This document shows, piece after piece, positions 24,322-34,278 of a stretch of DNA of 38,679 nt. The stretch's first letter is position 1; each line of letters begins with the position of its first letter. Source of the DNA: a virus (lineage: Duplodnaviria; Caudoviricetes); IMG/VR virus record IMGVR_UViG_3300030207_000331, positions 1 to 38,679 of that record. One strand, 5' to 3'. Under the pieces are notes generated by a model. The model had not been told where the DNA came from and searched no databases. It worked only from the letters and a program-made list of their open reading frames with translations. Position numbers and translations under genes: made by a program.

Positions 24322-26639
24322 ACTGGTAATACTTTATTTGGATTTATACGACCTGCTTGTTTAGTCGTGCCTGTTTTTTCTGTTCTAACTCTATCTAACA
24401 TAGCATCTAATTGTTTAGAACCAGCATCAGAACTACCATCTCCTAACATAGATACAACATCTGCAGGAATAATATATTCATCTTGTGATACAGCAGCAGC
24501 AGTTGTATCTGCTCCTATTGACATAGGTAAGTCATCAGCCATGCCACTATTGCCATTGCCTCTAATTAACCCTTCAGTTTGTACATCTAAATTGCCTGCA
24601 GCTTGTCTTAGTATTTGATCTCGCAATATCATAAATTGTTCTTGTCCATACTTAACAATAAACTCATTTACAATGTCGCTATTATCAGTTTCTCCTAAAA
24701 TAAACTGTATAGTTTCTTGTACTATAGGGTCTTGCATCATATCTGTTGATTGACCAGTAGGCATATTTACATCTTGACCTTCTTGATAACCCATTGCTTT
24801 TACAGCTTCTCTACCTTTTTCTGTTTTAGCTAAAGCTTTTAATCCTTCATTAGGTAATTCTTTATCGGTATCTCCACCTTCTGCAAACATAGGTGCACTA
24901 AACATAGGAGTATTAGTCATAGGTCTAATACCAAATGGTTGCATTGGTGTATTAGCTGGTGCTGCTGGTGTAGGTGGTGTAGGTGGTGTAAATACAGGTC
25001 CTCTTTCATTAAATGTAGGACTGCCACCTGCAAATACTCTATTATCATTAAAACCACCACCTGGTCCACCTATTGACATTGGAGGTGCTGGTTTAGTTAC
25101 AGGCATTTCTACAGGTATAGTTACATCTGCTCCACCTTCAATAGGTATAGTAATAGTTTCTGGAGATTGATCGTATATAGTTCCACCCTCTGGTAAAGGT
25201 TTAGCAAAATCTATTGGATTAGGTCTAGGCATACTTGGTGGTTTACCACCAAATATATCTTCATCTCCTGGTCCAGTTATTGGTAACTCACTTAGGTTAG
25301 GTAAACTAGGTGTGGGCATAGGATCAGGTACTGGTCTATTAATCATTTCAGGATATACAAACTCATCACCAGTATCAACTGGAGAGGGATTAAAAGCTCC
25401 ACCTTTTGGAGATGGCACTGGTCCACCAACATTTGGTGGTGGTGTTATTGAGTCTGGTGGTGGTGTAGATATTGGTCCTTCTCCTGGTCCACCTATTGAT
25501 GGTGGAGCAGGTGGTCTTACTGGTTGTTCAAATATTGGAAATGGCATAGGCTGTTGTACAAATCTAGCATATGGATTTAAAATTTGTTGCATTTGTGGAG
25601 TACCATAAAATGTTTGATAAGTTGGAGACTGCATAAATGGATTACCATATCCTGCAAACATAGGTGGTCTACCAAATCTAGGTCCTCTTTCATTAGGTGG
25701 TCTACTAAATCTTGGTCCTCTCATTCCATATGAACTAGCAACTGGTCTATTAAATCCTAAATCAGTTGCAGTTGGATTTATATTTTCAAAATATGAAAAC
25801 TCAGGCTGAAAACCTGGCATAAAACCTCTAGGAATAGGTCTTGGTGCCCTACGAGCAGGTAGATTATATCCACCTGTTAGAGGAAAAGGATTATTACCTA
25901 CACCAACATTCCCATCATCATAATTATAGTAATCATCATTGCCATTAAAATAAACATTACGACCTCTTAGATAACCTGTTTTACCTCCACTAGCCATAGG
26001 TATTTGTTCAGGATACTTTTCATACATTAATCTTTTTCTTTCTTCTTCATCAATATCCATTTGAGCTAACATTCTTTCAAATTCTTCTTGTGATTGCATA
26101 ACACTTGCTGTACCTGCTGCAGTTCCTGCTAACATACCAGTTGGAGTCATTGCAGCACTTCCTAATGCCTGAACTCCCTCATCAAGTCCACCACTAAATA
26201 TATTTTGTAATGATTCTACTGGTCCTGTAGTCGGAGCTGGCGGTATTGGAGTACCTGGCTGCACTGGTTCAATAAATCCTGGATTAGCTACATCACTTAA
26301 AGCTTTTCCACCTAATCCTGCTGTAAGACCAGATAATAATGCTTTTTTACCAGAACCACCTGTTTGTACATAAGTAGCTAAACCTGCTCCTATTCCTGAT
26401 AATGCTGCTGAAGATAAACCTAATCCACCTAATCCACCTAAAATTGAAGGACCTAGTAAACTACCTAACATAGGTGCTAGGAAAGGTAAGAAAGCTTCAG
26501 GCTGTCCCGTCTCTGGATTTACTGTTAATGGCACAGCAGATGCTAATCCTTTAACTTCTGCAGGATTAACATGAAGTAACATAGAATCGCCAAAACGACC
26601 TTGTGCTGCTACGTTCTTAGTTTGTTGTTTTATATCCAT
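24318..26639 (-). CDS. Pro-rich internal virion protein
   Basis: N-terminal GRFGDSMLLHVNPAE..NPETGQPEAF; Pro-rich centre; C-terminal GMADD..SQDEYIIPADVVSMLGDGSSDAG. Confidence 0.7.
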   Translation of the reverse strand: MDIKQQTKNVAAQGRFGDSMLLHVNPAEVKGLASAVPLTVNPETGQPEAFLPFLAPMLGSLLGPSILGGLGGLGLSSAALSGIGAGLATYVQTGGSGKKALLSGLTAGLGGKALSDVANPGFIEPVQPGTPIPPAPTTGPVESLQNIFSGGLDEGVQALGSAAMTPTGMLAGTAAGTASVMQSQEEFERMLAQMDIDEEERKRLMYEKYPEQIPMASGGKTGYLRGRNVYFNGNDDYYNYDDGNVGVGNNPFPLTGGYNLPARRAPRPIPRGFMPGFQPEFSYFENINPTATDLGFNRPVASSYGMRGPRFSRPPNERGPRFGRPPMFAGYGNPFMQSPTYQTFYGTPQMQQILNPYARFVQQPMPFPIFEQPVRPPAPPSIGGPGEGPISTPPPDSITPPPNVGGPVPSPKGGAFNPSPVDTGDEFVYPEMINRPVPDPMPTPSLPNLSELPITGPGDEDIFGGKPPSMPRPNPIDFAKPLPEGGTIYDQSPETITIPIEGGADVTIPVEMPVTKPAPPMSIGGPGGGFNDNRVFAGGSPTFNERGPVFTPPTPPTPAAPANTPMQPFGIRPMTNTPMFSAPMFAEGGDTDKELPNEGLKALAKTEKGREAVKAMGYQEGQDVNMPTGQSTDMMQDPIVQETIQFILGETDNSDIVNEFIVKYGQEQFMILRDQILRQAAGNLDVQTEGLIRGNGNSGMADDLPMSIGADTTAAAVSQDEYIIPADVVSMLGDGSSDAGSKQLDAMLDRVRTEKTGTTKQAGRINPNKVLPV

Positions 26640-26981
26640 CTATCTATCTTCCTCTTTGGTTTCACAGCCAAACATATTAAAACTCATGTCAACTGCACTT
26701 GTATAAACTTTTACTACATCTGTTTGATTTAAGGTTATGCCTAAAACAATAGCAAAAGAATCATTTGCTGCTACTGATTTATCATAAAAAAGAAACTGCT
26801 TATCATCAGCAGTTGCACCAGCAACATGAACACTTAATCTAAATGTTATTGCTGATCCTGTTCTATTTGCTGCAACTATTGAACTTACTGTTGTTTGTGT
26901 CATATCAGGACAGGTATAAAGTGTAGTAGTTGTAGTTGCTGCTGGGTCTACTTGACCTAAAACTTTTAAATTATCAGCCAT
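26640..26981 (-). CDS. Putative small virion protein
   Basis: 113 aa, beta-rich (TLYTCP...TLNQTDVVKV). Confidence 0.7.
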   Translation of the reverse strand: MADNLKVLGQVDPAATTTTTLYTCPDMTQTTVSSIVAANRTGSAITFRLSVHVAGATADDKQFLFYDKSVAANDSFAIVLGITLNQTDVVKVYTSAVDMSFNMFGCETKEEDR

Positions 26982-27177
26982 GTTTCATTCCCATTAATAA
27001 AAATTGTTGTCTCTTTATAGCTTTGCTTGATACAACATCTTGCAATCTACTTAATCTACTAACTTCAGTAGCTAAATCCTGTATAGCTTGTTCTGTAATT
27101 CTTCTTGATACTGTTTCTTCTGTAGCATCATATTCTTGTCTAGGTATTGGTAATACTATAGTTTTAGGATGTGCCAT
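26974..27177 (-). CDS. Hypothetical virion protein
   Basis: 67 aa, LPIPRQEYD motif, coupled to the tail gene. Confidence 0.65.
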   Translation of the reverse strand: MAHPKTIVLPIPRQEYDATEETVSRRITEQAIQDLATEVSRLSRLQDVVSSKAIKRQQFLLMGMKHG

Positions 27178-29027
27178 TATCTTTTACCATCTGGTCTTAT
27201 ATCTAATCTTACATCACCTAATCGCCAACCATAATCATTTGATGAATTAGATACTCTTATTGCACATTGTCTGCTTCTAGCTCTAGTATTAGTAAATGTA
27301 GAAGCTGGAGTGACTGAAACAGTTGATAATGTTGATAAATCTTCTAAAGGATAGTTTCTACCTTTTATAGTAATAGTTACATCATCAGTTGTTGATTGCT
27401 GATCTCTAAACTGTACATCAGGTATTATACTATTAACTGCTATAAATTTTTCTCCATCTGGGTCTAAATCAAAATCACTTGATTCTATAAATGCAGTAAA
27501 ATCAGCACCATCATCACCATGACCTATTTCATGTCTATAAATATAATTACTATTGCTTGTGCTACTATTTTTACTTGCAGCTATAGGGTTAGTTAATATT
27601 AATGCTTGATCCCAAGCTGTTCTTACAAAATTATCTGATGTTGTACCAATAGACCAAACTTGCTCTAAATAATTATATAAAACATATCTATCTACTTCTG
27701 AACTATTTTTTGAAGGATAAAACCACATAATTTCATTAGCACTATCATTTACAGCACCAAATATTTTAAACGCTTGTCCTTGATTAAGATCACTTAAAAC
27801 ATAATCTAAAACTGTGCATGGTAATCTTTGTGCAGAACCTGAGTAAACATAGAATCCACCATTATCCATAAAGTAAACACTATTATTTGCACTAACTGCT
27901 GCATTTGGAGATATTAAAGAAGGACCATGTGCAACTTCATTAAAAGAAAAAACAAATGGTGCTCCTACAAATCTCATAGAGATAATACCTGCATCTGTCC
28001 AGATAAGTATTTCTTGTCTTGTTTGTAATGCTCCTATAATAATAGAACCCATAGAAAGTTGCACACCACCAGCTTGATTAGTTGCAGTTGGTGTCCAGTC
28101 AGTAATACTTTCTGTATCTGAAAATCTTACTAATAAAGGGTCTAAAGTTGATGATCCTACTGGATTACATCCAAAAGTTATAACATGACGATCTACATCA
28201 GATACCATTGTTTGTAAAGCTACTGTTGGAACATCGCTTGCTCCACTTAAAGATGTAGCATTTACAGCTCTAGTGCTTGTTCCTGATGATTCATCCCAAT
28301 AAAATATACCGCCTGCTCTTGGATTTAAAACTGTATCATCTCCAAAATTATCTATAGACCACAATCTAAGCTGATTAGTAAATGATAAAGATGTTGATGA
28401 TCCCCATGTTCCTGCTCCCCATGTTCCTGCTCCCCAACCTGTAGATTGCACATATGAATCTAAACCAGAATTAAGTTGATATACAGCATCTGCTGCAGAA
28501 CCACCATTACCAGTATCACTAGAATTTGCAGTAGCAGTTGCAGTAAATGTAAAAGTATTAGCATTTGGAACAGTATCTATTTGATATTCTTGATTTAAAA
28601 CTGCAGCAGTAATATTACCACCTAAACTTACAGCTTCACTTATAGTAACAAAATCACCTGTTACAGCTCCATGACTGCTATCAGTTGCAGTTATTGTTGT
28701 AGAGCCATTAGTAGCTGCAAAAGTAATACCATTTGTTGTTGTAGCTCTTATAGGAGTTACATCAGCATATTGATTACCTTCTAATACATAAAATTTTTGA
28801 TGTGTTCCAAGAGTAATATAATTAGAACCATCTGCAGCTTTATAGGTATGTATCTTTCTTGATGTGCCAATAAAACTATCAGTACTTTGTTTTTGCCAAC
28901 CACCTATTCTTTCAGGTCTACCTTTACGAAATCTAACTTTATCTGCATCAAACCAGCCACCTTCATTACTATAGTTGGTGCCTTCTTTATTTATTCCTGG
29001 TCTAAATACATACTTTCTTAATGGCAT
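27177..29027 (-). CDS. Tail hub / packaged-DNA stabilization protein (P22 gp10 / tail tubular B-like)
   Basis: 616 aa. PGINKEGT..W.D.DKVRFR.G.PE.IGGW, WGAGTWG repeats, VRFSDTE..DWTP, YNYLEQVW, WRLG..RLDIRPDGKR. Confidence 0.75.
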   Translation of the reverse strand: MPLRKYVFRPGINKEGTNYSNEGGWFDADKVRFRKGRPERIGGWQKQSTDSFIGTSRKIHTYKAADGSNYITLGTHQKFYVLEGNQYADVTPIRATTTNGITFAATNGSTTITATDSSHGAVTGDFVTISEAVSLGGNITAAVLNQEYQIDTVPNANTFTFTATATANSSDTGNGGSAADAVYQLNSGLDSYVQSTGWGAGTWGAGTWGSSTSLSFTNQLRLWSIDNFGDDTVLNPRAGGIFYWDESSGTSTRAVNATSLSGASDVPTVALQTMVSDVDRHVITFGCNPVGSSTLDPLLVRFSDTESITDWTPTATNQAGGVQLSMGSIIIGALQTRQEILIWTDAGIISMRFVGAPFVFSFNEVAHGPSLISPNAAVSANNSVYFMDNGGFYVYSGSAQRLPCTVLDYVLSDLNQGQAFKIFGAVNDSANEIMWFYPSKNSSEVDRYVLYNYLEQVWSIGTTSDNFVRTAWDQALILTNPIAASKNSSTSNSNYIYRHEIGHGDDGADFTAFIESSDFDLDPDGEKFIAVNSIIPDVQFRDQQSTTDDVTITIKGRNYPLEDLSTLSTVSVTPASTFTNTRARSRQCAIRVSNSSNDYGWRLGDVRLDIRPDGKR

Positions 29028-29029
29028 AT

Positions 29030-29485
29030 TTAAACCTCATGCCATTCTTTACCTTCAAATAGTAAAGATTCTGCTAATCTTCTTCGCTCTAAACCTGGCA
29101 AAACTACTTTCTCTCCATTAACTCTTGCCTTATTCCATTTACGCATTTGATGTGGAACTTCATCTTTTTTATTTTCGTTTAAAACTCTTAACATAGTGCT
29201 ACTATTTAGGTTTGTAGGACCTAAGTTATAAGTCCAAGCTACTAAAGCATCAAATTCATTTTGTTCTAATGGCACAGTTACAGCACTATTTACATAAGCA
29301 CCATAAACTGGTAATTCTTCTTCTAGCCATTTTTCTGCTTGTTCTTGTGTGCAAGTATCTCCTTCTTTTACATCTTTAGTTCGACCAAATGCTATGGTCC
29401 ATTTTCCTGCACTACATTTATAAGCTTCAAGCTCACAACCTTCAAATTTTTTAATAAGCTGTTTGCCTTCTTCTGATATTTCCAT
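29030..29485 (-). CDS. Phage lysozyme (GH24 endolysin)
   Basis: LIKKFEG..AYKCSAG.WTI..G.T, FDALV..YNLG, GLERRR.AE; start MEISEEG after AAGGAG. Confidence 0.92.
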   Translation of the reverse strand: MEISEEGKQLIKKFEGCELEAYKCSAGKWTIAFGRTKDVKEGDTCTQEQAEKWLEEELPVYGAYVNSAVTVPLEQNEFDALVAWTYNLGPTNLNSSTMLRVLNENKKDEVPHQMRKWNKARVNGEKVVLPGLERRRLAESLLFEGKEWHEV

Positions 29486-29486
29486 T

Positions 29487-29966
29487 TTACTCTCCTTTAT
29501 CGCTTGTGTGAGATGCTCCAAAATAGAATGAAATAATCGCACTTGCTAATCCCCCTAAATATCCTAATACTAGATTTATAAGAGCTTCGCTATTTTGTTC
29601 TGGTGGCTGTAGTGTTACTAAAAAAATATAACCTAAAAATCCACCAATAGTAAATAAACCTATAATTCTTGCTGTCCAATCTTTGCTAAACATACCTCTA
29701 GCGTGTTGTTTATCTTGTGTTTCTAACTTAAATATATCTACATCTAACTCTTTCATTTGAACTTCAAATTCTTGTTCAGCTTTTTTAAGTTCCATCATTT
29801 GTTCTGGTGTAGCACTTTGTAAAGCTTGCTGTATAGATTTTTGATCATTTGATACGCCTAATACTTCTGCTATCTTACCCATAGCCATGCCACCTAAAGG
29901 ACCACTTAAAGCAGTTCCTATTGTTGGTGCTACTGTACTAACTAAATTTTTTAATATCCCTTTCAT
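29487..29966 (-). CDS. Holin-like membrane protein
   Basis: N-terminal APTIGTALSGPLGG, two C-terminal TM helices ending FYFGAS; adjacent to the lysozyme gene. Confidence 0.65.
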   Translation of the reverse strand: MKGILKNLVSTVAPTIGTALSGPLGGMAMGKIAEVLGVSNDQKSIQQALQSATPEQMMELKKAEQEFEVQMKELDVDIFKLETQDKQHARGMFSKDWTARIIGLFTIGGFLGYIFLVTLQPPEQNSEALINLVLGYLGGLASAIISFYFGASHTSDKGE

Positions 29967-29975
29967 AATACTTTC

Positions 29976-31718
29976 CTACCTTAATGTATATATAGCTAAT
30001 TTATGTTTTTTGCCTTTTACAGATATTGGTTTTAGTAATTTTAACTTAAAACTACAATGTTTTTTAGTGTTATGACCTATGATTAAATCAACACCTACAT
30101 CTTTGGTAGCACTTTCAAGTCTAGCTGCTGTATTTACAGCGTCACCTATTGCACTATAATCAAAGCGTGTATCACTTCCCATATTACCTATTATCGCTTC
30201 TCCTGAGTTTACCCCTATACCTATGTCTATTCCTAGATTGGCTTGCTCCATATCTGCCTGTATTTTCTGTGCTGCTAATATGGCTTTATTCTCATGCTCT
30301 TTTAAATCTATAGGTGCATTAAATATAGCCATCATCGCATCACCTATATACTTATCTACCATACCACCATACTCTTTTACTGCATTAGCTTGTATAGTTA
30401 AAGCTCTGTTCATAATATGAGTAACTTCTTCTGGCTCTAGTTTTTCTGATAAAGATGTAAAACCACGAACATCTGTAAATAAAAAAGTGCAATACTTTCT
30501 TTCACCACCTAGTTTTAATAAGTCAGGATTATCTTGTAATTGTTTTACTTGTCTAGGATCAAGATAATGCTCAAACTGTTTTTTAATTTCTTGTCTAAGC
30601 TTATATTGTTCTCTAAATCGTAAGTAAAAAGCTATAGAAGCAGTTATAAATTGTGATATTAAAGTCCAACTAACATCTACAAGTATTCCACGCTGTATTA
30701 AATAGTATCCAGAAAATATTGTTAATAAAAATAATAGACTGGTAAATGTTATTCCTAGCGTTATTCCAAAAATATTTATTAAAAACCAGACAAATGTTAC
30801 TGTTATCACTAGAATTAATAATTCAACAGCTAAATGCCAGTCAGGAATATAAGGACTATCTTGTATTAAAATAGATTCTGCTAATGCAGCTTGTATCTTA
30901 TGTGGCTCTAATAAACCTACAGGTGTTGCTATCTGAGGCATTACTCCACTTGCAGTAACTCCAACAATAACAAACTTACCATTAACATTCATTTCTTGTA
31001 AATCTGTTTGTGGTGTATCTACCCAACTAATCCACTTACGACCCAAAGTATCTGTTTTAACTGATGGTATTCCTCGTATTGATATTTCCTCTATACCATT
31101 ATCACTAGTTTTTATAATGTATGTTTTAACATCAAATATTGATTTATATATTTGTGTGCCAAAACTAGGAATCCATTGATTTTCTGGAGTTTTAACTAAA
31201 AGAGGTATTCTTCTTACAAGTTGATCTACTTCAGTGGGAGCAATGGCTAAACCCTGCAATGTATTATCTGTAAGAGTGTTCAGGTTTTCCTTAACTCCCA
31301 AACTTACTATACCACCATTATCTTCGCCTTTCACTACTGTCCCTGTAGGTTTAGGATAATTACCTTTACCATCCTCAAACATAGCTATTACTGAAGGTGC
31401 ATAACCAAGCGATCTAGCAAAATCTTTATCACCACCAAATCTATCAGCTTGTGGAAATGATATTGCCCAACCAACTCCTATAGCACCTTTAGCTAATAAC
31501 TCTATATTTATTTCTGCAAGTCTTTGTCTTGGCAAAGGATAACCACCTTCAACCTCTACATCTTCTTCAGTTATATTTAATATTACAAAGTTTCCTGATG
31601 GTTCTGGTGTTTTTATAAAAGTGTCATACACTCTAAGTTTTAATATTTCTGTTGGCGTTGACTGATATATTAATGGCAATAACAATAATATAACTATAGG
31701 TAATATTAGTTTTTTCAT
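29976..31718 (-). CDS. CHASE2-domain class III adenylate/guanylate cyclase
   Basis: N-terminal TM; CHASE2 (GGYPLPR, VRRIPL); 3 TM; FLFTDVRGFT, DKYIGDAMMAIF, GIGVNSG, GNMGS..RFDYSAIGDAVNTAARLES. Confidence 0.92.
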   Translation of the reverse strand: MKKLILPIVILLLLPLIYQSTPTEILKLRVYDTFIKTPEPSGNFVILNITEEDVEVEGGYPLPRQRLAEINIELLAKGAIGVGWAISFPQADRFGGDKDFARSLGYAPSVIAMFEDGKGNYPKPTGTVVKGEDNGGIVSLGVKENLNTLTDNTLQGLAIAPTEVDQLVRRIPLLVKTPENQWIPSFGTQIYKSIFDVKTYIIKTSDNGIEEISIRGIPSVKTDTLGRKWISWVDTPQTDLQEMNVNGKFVIVGVTASGVMPQIATPVGLLEPHKIQAALAESILIQDSPYIPDWHLAVELLILVITVTFVWFLINIFGITLGITFTSLLFLLTIFSGYYLIQRGILVDVSWTLISQFITASIAFYLRFREQYKLRQEIKKQFEHYLDPRQVKQLQDNPDLLKLGGERKYCTFLFTDVRGFTSLSEKLEPEEVTHIMNRALTIQANAVKEYGGMVDKYIGDAMMAIFNAPIDLKEHENKAILAAQKIQADMEQANLGIDIGIGVNSGEAIIGNMGSDTRFDYSAIGDAVNTAARLESATKDVGVDLIIGHNTKKHCSFKLKLLKPISVKGKKHKLAIYTLR

Positions 31719-32839
31719 TAGCTTTCCTGTTTAATTCTTATAACACTACTACTACCACCATTTATCTTAATAGTTCTTGAAACACCATCTTGTATTAAAA
31801 TTACTGTATAGCTACCATCTGAATCTATATCAACTCTTGCTGTATTATTTACACTTCTTAATATCGTAAGTTTTTCACCTGTAATAAAAGTAGTAATCTG
31901 AGTGTCTAAATCTTGACCAAATCTAGTTCCTGCAATAGCTATAGATGATACATCTGCTTGTAATTGATCTTGTTCTTCTTGTATATTTAATTCATCAAGA
32001 ACATCTAATAAATCTTCTAAAAAATTAACATCTAAATAATTAATATCAAGTTCAGTAAATTCTAAATCAGCTTCATTATCTAAAAAATCTTCTTCTAAAT
32101 AATCTATATCAAGATCATTAAAATCTAAAATAGTATTTGACTGTGCAACAACTTCTTCTTGTTTTAATTCTTTTTCTTCGGGTGGTGATACTATTAATAT
32201 GTTATCAATTAAATCAAGAGATAAATCTAATACTACTGGTTTACTTGGTGCATTTTCAAATACAGATACAGTAGTAGCTTCAAAAGGTTTATTTAGTATG
32301 ACACTTCCTGTTGCTGTTATTACCTCTATTTCTCCACTAGATAATCCATATTGATCTGGTAAAAGTATTATTAATGATTCACCTAATTCATTTACTGTAG
32401 CTGTAAAGTCTGTTCCTCTAATAGCTATATTAGCAGTAGGAGTTTTTAAAGATATATTCTTTTTATTAAGTTTATCTATATTCCCAGAAATAAATCTAGT
32501 TGTTCCAATAGCAAATGTAAGTGCCATTTTAGATTTGCTTGGGTCTGGATCATATATATACTCGTCTATTAACAGTTGACTATGTTCTGTAAGTCTAACT
32601 GTAGAATCATCAAGAAATGTTATAGCCATACGACCATTAGAAGTTATGGCTTCATCATTGCTTTGTATATCAAAATCTACAAAAGCATCTAAGGGTTTAT
32701 CCCTTACTATTTGTGCATTACCTCTTAGTTCAGATATGTCTCCAATATTAACATCCTGTGGTTGTGCCTTGATCGTCTTGAACGACACAAATATTGGAAT
32801 TAGAAGTATTGCTAATAATTTTAAGATAATCCCTTGCAA
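31718..32839 (-). CDS. FecR-domain periplasmic protein (start uncertain)
   Basis: Signal-like N-terminus, ITFLDDSTVRLTEHS, TPTANIAIRGTDF, acidic C-terminal half. Confidence 0.8.
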   Translation of the reverse strand: MQGIILKLLAILLIPIFVSFKTIKAQPQDVNIGDISELRGNAQIVRDKPLDAFVDFDIQSNDEAITSNGRMAITFLDDSTVRLTEHSQLLIDEYIYDPDPSKSKMALTFAIGTTRFISGNIDKLNKKNISLKTPTANIAIRGTDFTATVNELGESLIILLPDQYGLSSGEIEVITATGSVILNKPFEATTVSVFENAPSKPVVLDLSLDLIDNILIVSPPEEKELKQEEVVAQSNTILDFNDLDIDYLEEDFLDNEADLEFTELDINYLDVNFLEDLLDVLDELNIQEEQDQLQADVSSIAIAGTRFGQDLDTQITTFITGEKLTILRSVNNTARVDIDSDGSYTVILIQDGVSRTIKINGGSSSVIRIKQES

Positions 32840-33473
32840 GTGTAGATGATTGCGTAATATCAATATCATTTGAACTCCCATCTAAATCTAAGTAAAAATA
32901 TCCAGAATCAGCAGATGTTGTTCCTGAATAACCACTAGCTGTAAAATCTATCGCATTTGAACTTCCATTAATATCAAGATAATTTATGGCATTCTCGTAA
33001 TCTATATCAAAATCAAGAACATTGCTGTCACCCAAGATAACCCAGTCTAAATCAAGATAAGAAGAATCAGCATTTTCTGCTATAGCTAAATCAAATTCAT
33101 TGCTTGAACCTGTAACATCAATATTAAGATTTACATAATCAGCACTTATAAGACCTGTGCTATTCATAAGTATATCCATAATATTAGAGTCACCATTCCA
33201 CTCAAAATACCCAGTAAAGTTATCACCATCAATAGCATCTGATCTAAATATGTTAGAACTACCTATCTGATTAATGTCAAGTGTCATTGACACACCATCA
33301 AGGTCTAAAGCAGTCATTGTTCCAGATGTAGCTTGTGTTCCACCTATTAAGTTTGATGACCCAAGTTGTTCTAAATCAATAGCAGCTGAATTTCCTGACT
33401 GATCTACATATATTTCATTATCTGCAAAAACAGACAATGATAAAAATAAAAAAACATTTAATAATTTATTCAT
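32748..33473 (-). CDS. Curlin-repeat (CsgA/B-like) secreted protein
   Basis: Signal peptide plus repeats of x-D/N-x-Q/x-G-x-S-N (IYVDQSG, LEQLGSSN, INQIGSSN, DVTGSSN, DINGSSN, DLDGSSN). Confidence 0.75.
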   Translation of the reverse strand: MNKLLNVFLFLSLSVFADNEIYVDQSGNSAAIDLEQLGSSNLIGGTQATSGTMTALDLDGVSMTLDINQIGSSNIFRSDAIDGDNFTGYFEWNGDSNIMDILMNSTGLISADYVNLNIDVTGSSNEFDLAIAENADSSYLDLDWVILGDSNVLDFDIDYENAINYLDINGSSNAIDFTASGYSGTTSADSGYFYLDLDGSSNDIDITQSSTLARDYLKIISNTSNSNICVVQDDQGTTTGC

Positions 33474-34278
33474 ATTTCCAGTACCCTCTCTCGTACCCTA
33501 TATTTATAAGTTGTAAAACTGCACCCTCAATAGCTTTCATTAAAGCTAAAGTAGTACTCTCATTCGAGGCAGAACCTATTTCTACCTCTACAAGCTCAGT
33601 TCCCATTTCTATAAATTTAAAGACATCCTGAGACTGTCCATAACTATATATTATTTTTTGCGACATAACTTCTATTAATATTTCACCTGTTGCTACTGAT
33701 ACCATTCGCAAACTTACACTAACAGAATCTTCTCTATACTGCATACTAGAGCCAATGCCTAAATATCTTGCACCTATTCCGCCAGTAGATATATTACTAT
33801 CATAAGATACAACTGCACCTTCTAACAATACACCTGCAAAAAGTAAAGGTGATAAGATACTTTGATCATCTAATTGTTCTCTCGTTGATCTTATAAGTTG
33901 TCTTTCTTTTGTAAGATTATCAAGTCCTACTCTTTCTACTACACGAAAAAAATTTCCATCTGAAGCGTGTTTTAATGACCTTATAAGTATAGTATTTGGT
34001 GCTTGTGTTATTGCTGATGAAAACATAGCAAACTCACTATTACTTTTTCTTTGTCCTGTTTGATCAGTAAATGCAGTAGGATATACAGCTACAACTGGTT
34101 TTACTAAAGGTGGTTGTATATTTGCTAAATCTTTTGATTGTAGATCATAGATACTAAAAGTTTCTCTACCTTCTAAATTTAAGGTTTTTGGATTTGTTTC
34201 TCTAACTACATCTATAAGACTGCAACTAGAAAGAAAAATCCCCGAGAGGCAAAGATATTTCAGTTGTTGTACCATCAT
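33466..34278 (-). CDS. csgG: Curli secretion channel lipoprotein CsgG
   Basis: Lipobox FLSSC; VAVY..FTDQTGQRK, FRVVERVGLDNLTKERQLIR, EGAVVSYDSN..GGIGARYLGIG. Confidence 0.92.
   Translation of the reverse strand: MMVQQLKYLCLSGIFLSSCSLIDVVRETNPKTLNLEGRETFSIYDLQSKDLANIQPPLVKPVVAVYPTAFTDQTGQRKSNSEFAMFSSAITQAPNTILIRSLKHASDGNFFRVVERVGLDNLTKERQLIRSTREQLDDQSILSPLLFAGVLLEGAVVSYDSNISTGGIGARYLGIGSSMQYREDSVSVSLRMVSVATGEILIEVMSQKIIYSYGQSQDVFKFIEMGTELVEVEIGSASNESTTLALMKAIEGAVLQLINIGYERGYWKYE

Noticed and set aside
28400-28440. Tandem CCCCATGTTCCTGCT repeat
   Set aside because: It encodes the ordinary WGAGT peptide repeat within the tail protein.
28270-34030. Other CTGATGA occurrences (about 28284 and 34014)
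   Set aside because: They lie inside coding regions on the antisense strand and lack the helices and GAAA core.
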